From assembly GCA_964016885.1 (NCBI GenBank), contig OZ024740.1:396552001-396616000 (forward strand): 64,000 nucleotides of DNA. Direction: 5' to 3'. Below the pieces are notes generated by a model that saw only the letters and a program-made list of their open reading frames with translations, was not told the DNA's origin and ran no database searches. Positions 1 through 11,487 of this stretch are shown piece after piece; the first letter of the stretch is position 1; each line of letters begins with the position of its first letter. The position numbers were made by a program, and so were the translations under genes. Origin of the DNA: Eledone cirrhosa. Its lineage: Eukaryota.

Positions 1-167
1 ATACTCATTGCTAATCCTAACTTTGCTGATTGCTCCCCTATACATGGCTTGTACAGCTTTCACAAGCCATTCATCTACTCCTAGTTTTCTAAGAGCCCAC
101 CAGATTACAGCACGTGGAACTCTGTCAAAGGCTTTCTCGAGATTGACGCATGCCAGGTAGAGTGGCA
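1..167 (-). mobile_element. RTE LINE RT-domain fragment (continues off the window start)
   Basis: Nearly identical to 12878-13044 of the minus-strand RTE (PLYLA..DLEKAFDRVPRAVIW region); ends at a (TA)/(CATA) microsatellite. Confidence 0.85.
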
Positions 168-348
168 ACATATATATATATACACATACATACATATATA
201 TATATACACATACATACATATATATATATCTATATCAGTCCTATATGAGTGAGACATGGTCACCCGACCCAACTTGCCTCAAATGGCACAAACCTGTCTA
301 ACCCATGCTAATGTGGAAGATAGACATTAAATGACGATGATGATATAG

Positions 349-690
349 CATCATCATCACCATTTAATGTCCATTTTTTACACTAGCATGGGTCAGACGA
401 GCTGTCCCATTGTGAGACAAACCAAGTCTTTTTGGTCATACAGAACTGATTTTGGCTTGGTTTCTATGGCTGGATGCCCTTCCTAATGCGAACCACATTT
501 ACAGTGTGTACTTGGTACTTTTTATCATGACACCCAAATGATCACTTTATAGTGTGGACTGGACACTTTTTATCATGACACCCATATGACCACTTTACAG
601 TGTGGACTGGGTGCTTTTGTCGTGACACGCACATGACCACTTTACTGTGTGGGCTTGGTACTTCTTGTTGTGTCACCAACACGACCACCT
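349..690 (-). mobile_element. RTE 3' UTR / RTE-tailed SINE fragment with (CAT)n tail and internal ~43-bp tandem repeats
   Basis: Shares ggctggatgcccttcctaa...ccac.tttacagtg and the terminal catcat..tttaa.gtcc..tagcatggg motif with the 3' UTRs of RTE copies at 11488 and 15820. Confidence 0.75.
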
Positions 691-692
691 TA

Positions 693-2800
693 CGAAAAAG
701 AAGACAATTGACATAGATGATAACTGGAATTTCTTATGTGACAACTTACTGCAGGCTACTGAAGAAACTTGTGGCTGGAGCAGAGTTGTGACCTGGTGGT
801 GGAACAGAATGGTAGATAGGGCCATTAGAGACAAAAGACTAGCATGGAATGCTTGGAAAAATGGTGGGAGTAGAGATGGGTACACAGCCACTAAGAGAGA
901 AGCTAGACGTCAGGTGTACTTAGCACGCAGGGAGGCTGAGAGTAGGAGGTTTGCCAATGTTCTGCAACGGGAAGATCAGAGACGTGCAGTGTTCTGTATT
1001 GCAAGGCAGTGTGTCAGTGCAAATCAGGATGTTGTTGGAGGTAAGTGTGTGCGGAATGATGCTGGTGTACTTAGTGTCACGAATGATCAGAAAAAGGGGG
1101 CCTGGAAATGTCATAATGAGAGACTGATGAATGTGGAGAAGGAATGGGAGAGAGAAATTACCCCCCCCCCCTCCCAGTAGACCCGACAGAGGGACCAGCT
1201 ATTGAGATTGACGAATATAGGGTACAAGAGGCAATTAAGGAAATGAAAAATGGTAAGGCTGCTGGACTGTCAGGGATAGTTGCTGAGATGCTGAAGGCAT
1301 CAGGAGAGGTAGGCACTAAACTGGTTGCACGCATCATCAATCAAGCTATATATGGTGGTGTCATACCCAAAGACTGGTGCAGCAGTATTCTCATAAATTG
1401 CTACAAAGGTAAAGGGTCAATTTAGATGAGATGCAGTTTGGTTTTGTGCCTGGGAAGAGTATAACAGACGCCCTCTCCTTAGTGAGACAACTACAAGAGA
1501 GGTTCTTAGAGAAGAATAAGCCACTATACTTAGCTTTTGTTGACCTAGAGAAGGCTTTTGATAGGGTGCCCCGATCTGTCATCTGGTGGTCCCTAAGGAA
1601 ACTAGGTGTAGAGGAATGGCTTATGAGGACAGTGCAAGCTATGTACAGGGGTGCTGTCAGTAAAGTGAGAATAGGAATGGAGTTTAGTGAGGAATTTCAG
1701 ATACAAGTAGGAGTACATCAGGGTTCAGTCCTCAGCCCGCTCTTGTTCATTATAGTCCTCCAAGCCATAACAGAGGAGTTTAAGACTGGCTGCCCATGGG
1801 AACTTCTGTACGCTGACGATCTGGTTCTTATAGCAGAATCAGTAGAGGAGTTAGAGAAGAAATTCTGGCTATGGAAACAGCAGTTGGAATCAAGAGGACT
1901 GAGAGTGAATCTAGCTAAGACAAAAGTGTTGATAAATAGAAAAGAGGACAAAATTCTGATTCTATCAGGAAAATGGACATGTTCGATATGTAGAAAAGGA
2001 ACTGGCATAAATTCTATAAAATGTACACAATGCAGATCTTGGGTACACAAGAGATGTAGTGGGATAGCAGGCAAACTAACAGGTAGGGAAAACTACATAT
2101 GCAGTAGATGTACAGGGAAAGTTGACAGTAGTAATCACAGTGATAGACACATTTTTCAAATGCAGGTGGGTTCTATAGAAGTGGTTGATAGCTTCTGGTA
2201 CCTAGTTGATCAGATTAGCATGGAAGGGGGGTGTTATGAGGCCATAGTATCTAGAATAAGGACAGGTTGGAAGAAGTTTAGTGAGCTGCTTCCTCTGTTG
2301 ACAAAGAAGGGTTTCTCCCTGCGTATGAAAGGCCGGTTATATGATGTCTGTGTGAGATGTGCGATGCTGCATGGTAGTGAGACATGGGCAGCAACTACAG
2401 AGGATATGCGACGGCTGGAGAGAAATGAAGCAACCATGCTCCGTTGGATGTGCAATGTCAATATGCGTGAACGACCAAGCATAGATGAGTTGAGAGAGAA
2501 ATTGTGTATAAGAGGGATAAGTTGTGGTGTGCGGGAGAGAAGACTGGGTATGGACATGTGATGCACATAGCGGATGACCACTGAAAGAAGTGCCAAGAAA
2601 TCCCAGTAGAAGGAAGACACAGTAGAGGAAGACCATGAAAAACATGGGTGGAGGTGGTGAGAGGGGACCTCAGATCGCTGAAGACCACGGAGGAGATAAC
2701 GAAGGACCATGACAAGTAGAGAGATGCTGTGCTGAATAGGACCCATCCTACCCTTGCAAGCAGGGAAAAGCAGACGTAAAATGATGATGATGATGATGAT
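693..2800 (+). mobile_element. 5'-truncated, frameshifted RTE-clade LINE (linker, RT, PHD-like finger, C-terminus, (GAT)n tail)
   Basis: ORFs 647-1180, 1144-1425 and 1431-2561 give QFGF, FVDLEKAFDRVP, GVHQGSVLSP and LLYADD. There is an internal deletion after YKGKG and a (GAT)n tail at 2781-2800. Confidence 0.92.
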
Positions 2801-2819
2801 ATGGAATGTGTGTGTGTAT

Positions 2820-2960
2820 ATCATCATCACTATCATCATCGTTTTTATGTCCGCTTTTCCATGCTTGCATGGGTTGGATGGGTCCTTCTCAGCACACCAT
2901 TTCTCAACACATCATGATCCTTTGTCATTTCCTCTGTGAGTCTCAGTGATTTGAGGTCAG
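2820..2960 (-). mobile_element. RTE 3'-end fragment, tail-to-tail with the preceding element
   Basis: (CAT)n followed by the reverse complement of the 2660-2780 terminus. Confidence 0.75.
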
Positions 2961-3172
2961 CTTGTGTTTGTGTGGTTTGTTTCCATTTTTATCTTGGTTT
3001 TAATATGTCCATGGCTAAGTCATGAAAATAATCAATGAAAATAATCAAGAATTTAAAAAGATTTAGTAATTTTAGCTGGTGTTTGGAACATAACTTAATA
3101 GACATTCTTGCATAATATTATTATTGAAGGTTTTTAGATAAATATAAATACTTTAAAACAAATAGTTTTGTA

Positions 3173-3671
3173 ATTTGTGTTGGAGCTTTGAAATAGCGAT
3201 GTATATATGAATGTATGTATATTTAATAATATACTGTATGTTTATTTAAAAACATTTTGAAGGCCTTTTGCTATGAATTTAAGGTAGTAAGTATAGTCAC
3301 TACCTTAAATTCATAGCGAAAGGCTTTCAAAATGTTTTAAAATAAACATACAGTATATTATTAAATATACAATACGTACATTCATATATACATCGCTATT
3401 TCAGAGCTTCAACACAAATTTCTAATTGTTGCTGGGCCAGTAACTGCTCTGTATGTTAATGAGTTTAAACAACTCATAAACATAATTGGTGTTCTATAAG
3501 AATCCAGCTTCTACAACTCACAGCAAAAACAGAGGGATATATAACCTTGATAAGCACTAAACAGCGAGAAACGATCGTTGGTTATTTCCCTTTGTTTTTG
3601 TTGAAGCTAGGTATATGACTATAGACACTACCTTAAATTCATAGCGAAAGACCTTCAAAACGTTTTTAAAT
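3173..3671 (+). mobile_element. Penelope-pLTR/retrozyme-like non-coding insertion with inverted 5' segment and decayed hammerhead
   Basis: 13-bp TSD aaatagttttgta at 3160-3172 and 3672-3684; ~115-bp-arm foldback 3173-3419; direct repeat with 328-nt period (3292/3620); hammerhead-like motif 3541-3585. Confidence 0.65.
3541..3585 (+). ncRNA. Decayed minimal type I hammerhead ribozyme motif
   Basis: Stem I ataacc/ggttat, core ttgataa (consensus CTGATGA, 2 changes), imperfect stem II cact/agcg, GAAA, palindromic stem III ACGATCGT, UH site. Confidence 0.6.
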
Positions 3672-3779
3672 AAATAGTTTTGTATTATATAACTGAGGGT
3701 GGTTTCAGGTAGTTTAGTATAAAAAAGGTGAAATACACAGATCTACAAAATTTCAAAATAATTCTGTTTTGGAGCTCAA

Positions 3780-5480
3780 ATATTACTTTTGGTTGCTGAA
3801 CTTGAAAATGACAAAAGAAAATTGATGGTTTAGGTGTAATTATTTAGATATTTGAGATTTTATGATTTACAAAAATGTGATAATAGCACAAAGGTTGGAC
3901 ATGTTGTCACAGACTGGTCAGTACTCAATGGAGTTTCTGATCTCTGTGTTTCTTAGCCTGCCTCTTGTCTTCAACTTCTTGTGCATCTCTTGTAACTGGC
4001 TATACCTTGGTTTCATTTTTCCATGGTTGCAATATCTTGGTAAAAATGCTCTCCATTTTCATCACTCATCACACTACAATTTGATGAGAAGAAATCCAAG
4101 TGTGAATGAAGAAAGGGGATTTTCAAGGACATATTACAACCCATTATTGGTAGGAAAGCTGTAGATTTTGCACAAGCTCATGGTAGTTTTCTACTCTGTG
4201 ATTTCCCAGAAAATTCTGTGACACCAGTTGAAAATTGTTCCAAGCTAATTTTTCTTTTCTGAGAAAATACATCATCCTTTAAGATTTCATGAATTTGGAG
4301 ACTGACAATTATGCCCTTTTTAATTTTTGCTTCACTTAATTTTGGAAACTTTCTTCCAAGACAGCAAAAAGCCTCTGCTTTCATCAACCCCTGTTTGATG
4401 TGCAATGAGGGCAGCAAAATTTTATCACCATCTACAAGAGGCAGATTATGAACATTTTTTACCCCAAGTTCTAGTGATTTGCAGCATGGCCAATCTTTCC
4501 TTGAGAATCTTTTGCTTGCTTGTCATATTCACATAAAAAAACAACAACAGTATTTTATGTAGTTTGATTGTAATCTCATCAACAAAACAATAACCTTTAA
4601 GTCACCACAGATCTGCCACTGGTATTTATTGTAATTTATACAGATCAGAAGTTCCCTCAAGTTCTTATATGTTTCCTTCATACCAACAGCATGTCCAACT
4701 GAAATTAATGGTAGCTCATTGCCTATATGCAGTAAAACTCTTTTAACGCTAACTTTGGATGAGTCAATGAATAATCTCTACTGTTCTGGATTGTGGTTAA
4801 TGCATAAAGTTGTCATAAGGCCATTGACATCAGTAAATCCTACAAGGTTACCCCTCCTTGCAAAAAATGTCCAAAATCTTATTACAATTTCTAAATAAGC
4901 ATACTCTGGCATCATCAGCAAGCAAATTTCATTGCTGTAACCTTGAACCCAACAATTTTGCTTTATTTTGGGGGCAGCTCTAAAAAGATGAAATCATTTA
5001 GTTCACTTTATCTTATTATGTGGTATTTTTGTTGAATACCTTGAAGCAAAGTCAGGATCATTTGATGTTGAAGCTTCAAACTGAACTACAAAGCTCATGT
5101 CTTTATCATCATTCAATTCAGGGATTATTTCAGGAGGCACGTGTGTGGGTAGTCTTTCGCTCTGCGGTATTGAGTGTCCGACACAAGGGATATCAGGATA
5201 ATCAACATTTCCTTTCCTCTTTCCTTTAAGTCCTTGAGCTGGTTGCACAATGCAGAAATAACAATCACTTTAATATTTAGTTGACTTATGCCAAATCATT
5301 GGCACTAAAAATAAAATCAAAACTTTTCTTTTCCTTTGCAACCATTGGCAAAGATTGTTGCACAAGTATTGCAGCTCACATCATCATCATCGTTTAATGT
5401 CCATCTTCCACGCTAGCATGGATAGGACGACATGTGGGGCCCAAATCTGATTTTCCCATTGTTACATATTTTCTGAATTC
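3780..5480 (-). mobile_element. Fossil DNA transposase, probably CMC/Chapaev3-like
   Basis: Degenerate minus-strand peptides WAPH..CNTC, SDCYFC, YPDIP, LFIDSSKVSVKRVLLHIGNELP, WQICGDLKV, LPSLHIKQGLMK, FPKLSEAKIK, GCNMSLKIP, DENGEHFYQDIATMEK. Interrupted by an RTE-tail fragment at ~5378-5430. Family assignment is from memory of the motif set. Confidence 0.6.
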
Positions 5481-5842
5481 AAATGTTGGTATCTAAGAAA
5501 TTGAATCTATTTTCGATTTATCATACTGTCTGGAGATTTGCTTCTCTATGTGTATATACAAGTGTTCACATACAAGGGTTCACAAACACACACACATACA
5601 CAAACACTCATTTACATACACAATAGTCATTTTGTTCAAACTGTAAAAAACATAAAGAATCAAATATGAATACACACGAATGCACACACACCACACAATT
5701 GCTCACACAATAGTCATTTTATCAAACTGTAAAAAAAACATAAACATGCAAACATGAATGTGTGTACGCACACACATACACACAAAGTTGTATCGGTGTT
5801 TATTTTTATTTGTGACATGAAGATTTAATGTCAATGAAAATG

Positions 5843-6204
5843 TAAATGTGCAGTGTAAATGTGCGTGAACGACCCAGCATAAATGTGTTGAGAGAGAAAC
5901 TGTGTCTGAGAGGGATAGAATGTAGTGTACGGGAGAGGAGACTGAGGTGGTATGGACATGTGATGCGCATGGAGGATGACCGATGGGTGAAGAAGTGCCA
6001 GGAAATGCCAGTTGAAGGAAGACGTGGTAGAGGTAGACCACGAAAAACATGGGCGGAGGTGGTGAGAACAGACTTCAGATCATTGAAGCTCACGGTGGAG
6101 ATGACGAGGGACCGTGACGAGTGGAGAGATGCTGTGCTGAATAAGACCCGTCCCACCCTTGCAAGCAGGGAAAAGCGGACGTAAAATGATGATGATGATG
6201 ATGA
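5843..6204 (+). mobile_element. RTE 3' fragment (C-terminal ORF plus (GAT)n tail)
   Basis: ORF 5846-6184 RLRWYGHVMRM...RGRGRPRKTW, homologous to 2448-2800. Confidence 0.9.
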
Positions 6205-7095
6205 AATTATCAAGGAGACTTTACTTAGTTACAAAATGAAAACTATAACTTGGCAGGCATTTTGAAGAAATTTGTTAATTTTTGATGTGACAGCAAATTT
6301 ATATTAGTGCTATTCATTGACAATAATTGTTTTGTGTTTTATAAATTTATCAGTTTCATCATCATCATCATTGTTTAATGTCCATTTTTCTCTGCTAGCA
6401 AAGGTTGGATATGTCGTCACAGACTGGTCAGTACTCAATGGAGTTTCTGAGCTCTAGGTGGCTCTGATATATGCATTTTATTGTGGCACCAACACTAGAG
6501 ATGTTGTCATGTCCTTGGCATAGCCAAAGAGTCTTCCTGGCTCTTTGTTTAGCTGGATGCCCTTTCTATCATCAGCCACTTTACAGAGTGTACTGAGTGA
6601 TCGTTTATCATGTGAATTTTTAATACTAAAGTTTTTTGTCATGACTATGGTACAACTGAGGAGTCCTTTCAACCTTCTGTTTAGCAAGGTTTTTTTATTT
6701 CTGGATGCCCTCCCTATCATCAACCTCGTTACAGTATACTGGACCCATTTAACGGATAGATCACCAACACTAAGGAGATTATCAAGCCCCTGATGTAACA
6801 AAAGAGTTCTCTTGACTCTTTTTAGGATAGTTAATACAGCGAGGGGCCCTTCATATCACCAACCACCTTACTGGGTGTACTGGGTGCATTTATCATGGCA
6901 CCAATACTTGTAAGGTTGTCATCATTGACACTCTGCCCTATGTGGGGAGAAGAAGGTGTGTATGTCATAAGCAGGTACCAAGTGTGAAGGAATTTGACAA
7001 GTGGGGGTTGGTGGATGTATTTGACTCTTTTTGTTTTATGTTTCACTTAACAGATTCTAGTGATTTTGTAACTTATATTTATTTAATTTATGTTG

Positions 7096-7280
7096 TTTTG
7101 TGTCTCATATCTGACTAACTTATCTTATTTTGTGTTTTATATTTGACTAATTCAAGTTTTGTGTCTCATATCTGACTAACTTATCTTATTTTGTGTTTTA
7201 TATTTGACTAATTCAAGTTTTGTGTCTTATATTTGATTAAAATTTGTTATTTTCTGTCTTACATTGGACTAACTTATGTT
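7096..7280. repeat. 61-bp minisatellite (two ~30-bp subunits) rich in GACTAAY
   Basis: ttttgtgtctcatatctgactaacttatcttattttgtgttttatatttgactaattcaag twice plus a degenerate third copy. Confidence 0.85.
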
Positions 7281-7316
7281 TTATAAATGACTAACAGATG
7301 CAAACCTATATTACAG

Positions 7317-7430
7317 ATGGTTGATTGAAATTAATGCATCTCCTTCATTCAGTGCGACAAGCAAAGAAGATTATGAATTGAAATATGGCCTCTTAACTGA
7401 TGTATTTAATACTTTAGATTTGGAGAATAG
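7317..7430 (+). CDS. TTLL9: Tubulin polyglutamylase TTLL9, internal exon with the catalytic E-x-N motif
   Basis: ag|...|gt, phase 2/2. Encodes (P)WLIEINASPSFSATSKEDYELKYGLLTDVFNTLDLEN(R), matching TTLL9 [23 protein letters not shown]. Confidence 0.9.
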
Positions 7431-8732
7431 GTATGTCATCATGTCTTTATATACAACAACCTACCAACTAGCTAACATCCTAATAACTAACTAAACACCT
7501 AATCAAAGAATCAATCAAATAAACATTCTCTGAAACATGATTTAAATAGTAAACAACCATATATGAGATATATTAAAGTATATATAAGATCCATTTGGCA
7601 TAGTTTCTTGAGCTGGAGGCCTTTCCTAATAGCAGCCACTTTATAGTGTGTACTTGGTGTGTTTTATTGTGAAACCAGCACTAGGGAGGTTGTCCGTCAT
7701 TGACTCGATTTAAAAACTCTCTTATATATATAGGAGGGATTTGTAGTTTACTTGAAACATTATGTAAGGTATATAAAATTTGAAGTTTGAAAGCCATGAC
7801 AATACAAAATGGATGAATAAAGAATGAAACAAGATGTTATGTGTTTGAGCTTAATTTTTTTATATGTCCTGATATTTTAAGATTAAAATCTCTTCTTCTG
7901 AGGAAAATAAAAGGGACTAATCTAGTGTTTGATATCAAGATATATAAATAAGTTAATTTATTTCATCATCATCATCATCATTATTTAACATCTGCTTTCC
8001 CTGCTAGCATGGGTTGGATGGGTGTTCAGATAGATTCAGTATTGAAGTCGGGTGGAGGATGTCTGCTTCTCTCTTACTTACAGTTCCATGCTCTACCGAG
8101 TGTTCTTACATTGAGTCAATGACTGACAACCGGTAGGTGTGTGTTTATATATATATATAGCTCGTCTAACCCACGCTAGCGTGAAAGAACGGACGTAAAA
8201 CGGTGATGATGATATATAAGGTACACTTTATCTTGCAATATTAGAATTATTTTTTAAATTTTATACATGAACTTTTGTTTGTTCATTTTTCATCCATTTT
8301 GCATTTATAGCATAGTTTGGAATCATCTGAAAATATAAACATATATATGAATCATTGTAGAACATGCATTTTATGGTCGGGTGCCATTTTTAACATTAAC
8401 TACAATACTCCAAAGTAAAGGCATCAACAATTATGTTAACTGAAGCAAGAGGAATCAATACAGTGTTTGCAGCAATATTTGAACCTGGTTCCTCACTAAG
8501 CATACATTTTAAAATACTAATTCTAAAAATGGGATGCGATGGTTGATTGAAATTAATGCTTTTGCTTCTTTGAACCATATATAAAATATTGCAGTTATTT
8601 AAATTAAGTTTTTGATATAGCTCTGTATTATCAAGGTTAAACTGTTGTTAAACAACAACTTTTTGGTTTTGTTATGTATGTTTAAATAAACAATATATTC
8701 TAAATGTTGTTTTTGGTTTTCTATATTTCTAG

Positions 8733-8854
8733 ATTATTAGGCAATGAAAAGAGAGTTGGTGGATTTGACCTCTTATGGAATGATGGACCAGTGTATTCGG
8801 ATGATGCTAATATAATATCCAATGGATCCAATTATACCCATAATTCCTTTTTAG
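8733..8854 (+). CDS. TTLL9: TTLL9 penultimate exon
   Basis: ag|...|gt, phase 2/1. Encodes LLGNEKRVGGFDLLWNDGPVYSDDANIISNGSNYTHNSFL(G); EKRVGGFDLxWNDGPV is characteristic of TTLL9. Confidence 0.92.
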
Positions 8855-9138
8855 GTTAGTATGTTAAATAGCTGAAGGATTGCTCATGGGATTTTTTTTA
8901 TTGGTTATGTAGCAGTTGAGTTTGAGGAGAATCTGTAGGACAATGTAGGCTGTGCAAAATAGTAAATGGGGTTGTGCTCATTGCCTTCACAAATTCTCCA
9001 GTTGAGTTTGTCTTCTTGGCAAGGAGAAACCATGTGATGCTGGAATCATAGAGAACAATCATTTCAGAGATTATTTTGCAATTCATTGGGTAATATATAT
9101 TACCAGTATATCCTAGAAATTGTTATATAGAAGATAAT

Positions 9139-9480
9139 TGTTTCTACGTTAGGCACAAGGCCAGCAATTACCCAGTGCATTACTGGTACTTTATTTTATC
9201 GACCCCGTAAGGATGAAAGGCAAAGTTAACCTCGGCGGGATTTGAACTCAGAATGGCAAGGGCCGTAACTCTATACGTCAATGCATGGCGTCCGACCCTC
9301 TACCGATACTGCCGTTCCACCGCCCTTTTTTTGGGGGTACTTTATTTTATCGACCCCGTAAGGATGAAAGGCAAAGTCAACCTCGGCGGGATTTGAACTC
9401 AGATCGTAAAGGGACGTAACTATGCTGGAAAGCATGGCGTCCGACCCTCTACCGATACTGCCAATCCACTGCCAATCCAC
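9139..9480 (-). mobile_element. tRNA-derived octopus-type SINE, ~1.7 tandem copies
   Basis: Minus strand carries A-box TGGCAGTATCGG and B-box GAGTTCAAATCC; 18-bp TSD tgttatatagaagataat at 9121 and 9481. Confidence 0.88.
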
Positions 9481-10091
9481 TGTTATATAGAAGATAATGC
9501 ATGTGGCCTATATCTTTGAAAACATAATTTTCTATACAGTCTTCTTCTGTCTGTCTGTCTATGTGTGTGTGTGTGTGTGTGTGTCCAGGTTTTATCATTT
9601 TATAAATTTTCACTAAGAGAGAGAGAGCCGGTTTCTAACATAGAAACAAGACTCTTTCATTGGAATTTAGATAACATTAACTAGGTAAGTATGTATGTAT
9701 GTCTGTATGTGTTTGTGTATGTGTGTGCAGGTATGGATGCTATTGTATGTTTGAATCTGAATGTTTTGAGTTATATGCGTACACGTGCATATGTTTCTGT
9801 GTCTATACATGTTTACATACAGTTATTACATGCTAAATTTCTGAAATGTTTTACATTTTTTACAGTTCCATTAATAGACTGTACTTGTAATTTTCTAACT
9901 AGCTGTGCCCTTTCTGGTTCTGTGCGGCCCAGATTTTCAAGATTTGTACTGTGACAGCTAGTAACATATCCAAGTACTCAATGATCACAGGTATAAATCA
10001 GGTGTATCAGAGTGGAGTATCTGCAGATTCCATATTAATTCAGCATAGATGTTCTCTATTTCACTAATTTTTAGCATTATATTAACATCGT

Positions 10092-10157
10092 CGATAAAAT
10101 AAAGTACCAGTAATGCACTGGTTAATTGCTGGCCTTGTGCCAAAAGTAGAAACAATT
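10092..10157 (+). mobile_element. 5'-truncated copy of the same SINE
   Basis: cgataaaataaagtaccagtaatgcactgg...ggccttgtgcc, flanked by ttatattaacatc repeats. Confidence 0.7.
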
Positions 10158-11014
10158 ATATTAACATCTGCTGGGCAGCTGATTTCCACTATTGTCCATC
10201 ATGTCTAGTCTGTTATGTTTGCATTTTATTGGAGTTTTGACTGGAACAGTCCACCAATACACTTTCATATTTTGTATGCCTATACCCTCCATATTGCTGT
10301 AAACTTTTGTATTTTTATTCTCAGTATTATCCTTTCTATGGATTGCATTGTATAATAGCACTAGTTGCACATCATCGTTGTGTGTGAGAAGGGGTTCCTT
10401 TGTATGTGGGTAAGAATCCCCAGAATGAAGTTGACACCATAGCACATCATAATTTCAGTATAGGGACATTGGTGGTTTCACACTGACAAAAAGCACACTC
10501 TTTTGGTAGTCTGTGGAGCTATCTAAAGACAAATGACTAAGAATTAATTAATAAATTAATTTCCAATGGCTCATAATTATGAATAGTAACAATCAGATGA
10601 TTAACTTAGTTGAACATCATATTTTTGTCTTGATACAGCAAGATGATGAAAAAGATGGAGTAAATGGGAAACCGAGATGGATAGATTGATAGAAATAGAG
10701 AGAGGGAGAAAGAGTAAAAGAGATTCCTCCTGACAGCACTAGATGAAACCTTTAAGACAGTACATAGGAGACAAAATTTATCTAAAAATAAAAATATGGC
10801 TTCATGATTGGTTTGTGAACCCAAGTAATGACAAATAGCCAAGAATTAATGAAGTATATTAATTGCCATAAATTGCAAATCAATGACTAAGTTAGTTAAA
10901 CAATGGTTTTCCTCTTGATGCTATATATACATATATGAATATAAAAATATTAATTTTTTTGGCCTATGTAAAGAAAACTTACATTTTATTCTATTTTTCT
11001 CTTTATTTGATCAG

Positions 11015-11085
11015 GTTGTGTAAATAATCGCAAGGCTCAGCTACGGCAGTTGTATACTGTGGCATCATCAAAGAAGATAAGTTGA
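11015..11085 (+). CDS. TTLL9: TTLL9 terminal coding exon
   Basis: Polypyrimidine tract plus cag, phase 1. Encodes (G)CVNNRKAQLRQLYTVASSKKIS*, matching TTLL9 GCVNDRKKQLRQLF. Confidence 0.9.
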
Positions 11086-11305
11086 TACTTGTAATACTGC
11101 AATACTCGACAACATTTTTGGTTTCTATGTCAGCTATTTCGACTCAAGTTGAAATTTGAAATTTTCTAAACATGACAGAAGATTCATTATCAATGCATGG
11201 TAATCGTGTTCTTTACAACAAAGAAACAATTCGGCAAACATTATTTCTATCAGGCTGGGGGCGAAAAATGAATGTGGGATTTTTTCTGCTTGAATTTCGA
11301 TTCTT

Positions 11306-11311
11306 AATAAA
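11306..11311 (+). promoter_or_regulatory. Candidate TTLL9 polyadenylation signal
   Basis: AATAAA ~220 nt after the stop, just before the repeat block starts. Confidence 0.5.
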
Positions 11312-11487
11312 GCAACAGAAAGTCTGAAAAATGTTTGTCCAAGTAATTGATAAGATAATGGTGCTAATATGGTAATTGATTAACATCTTTAGAAAATATT
11401 TATGCTTCTATACTTTTAGGTTGACGTTCATCTAACCCATGCTAGTATGGAAAAATGGATGTTAAACAGTGATGATAATGATGTTGA

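Noticed and set aside
490-690. Regularly spaced repeats resembling a CRISPR array
   Set aside because: These are tandem ~43-bp units without unique spacers, part of the RTE-family 3' UTR, in a eukaryotic context.
3890-3945. ~55-bp near-identical copy of 6398-6452
   Set aside because: The second copy is attached to an RTE-type tail, so both are probably fragments of one repeat subfamily rather than a functional element.
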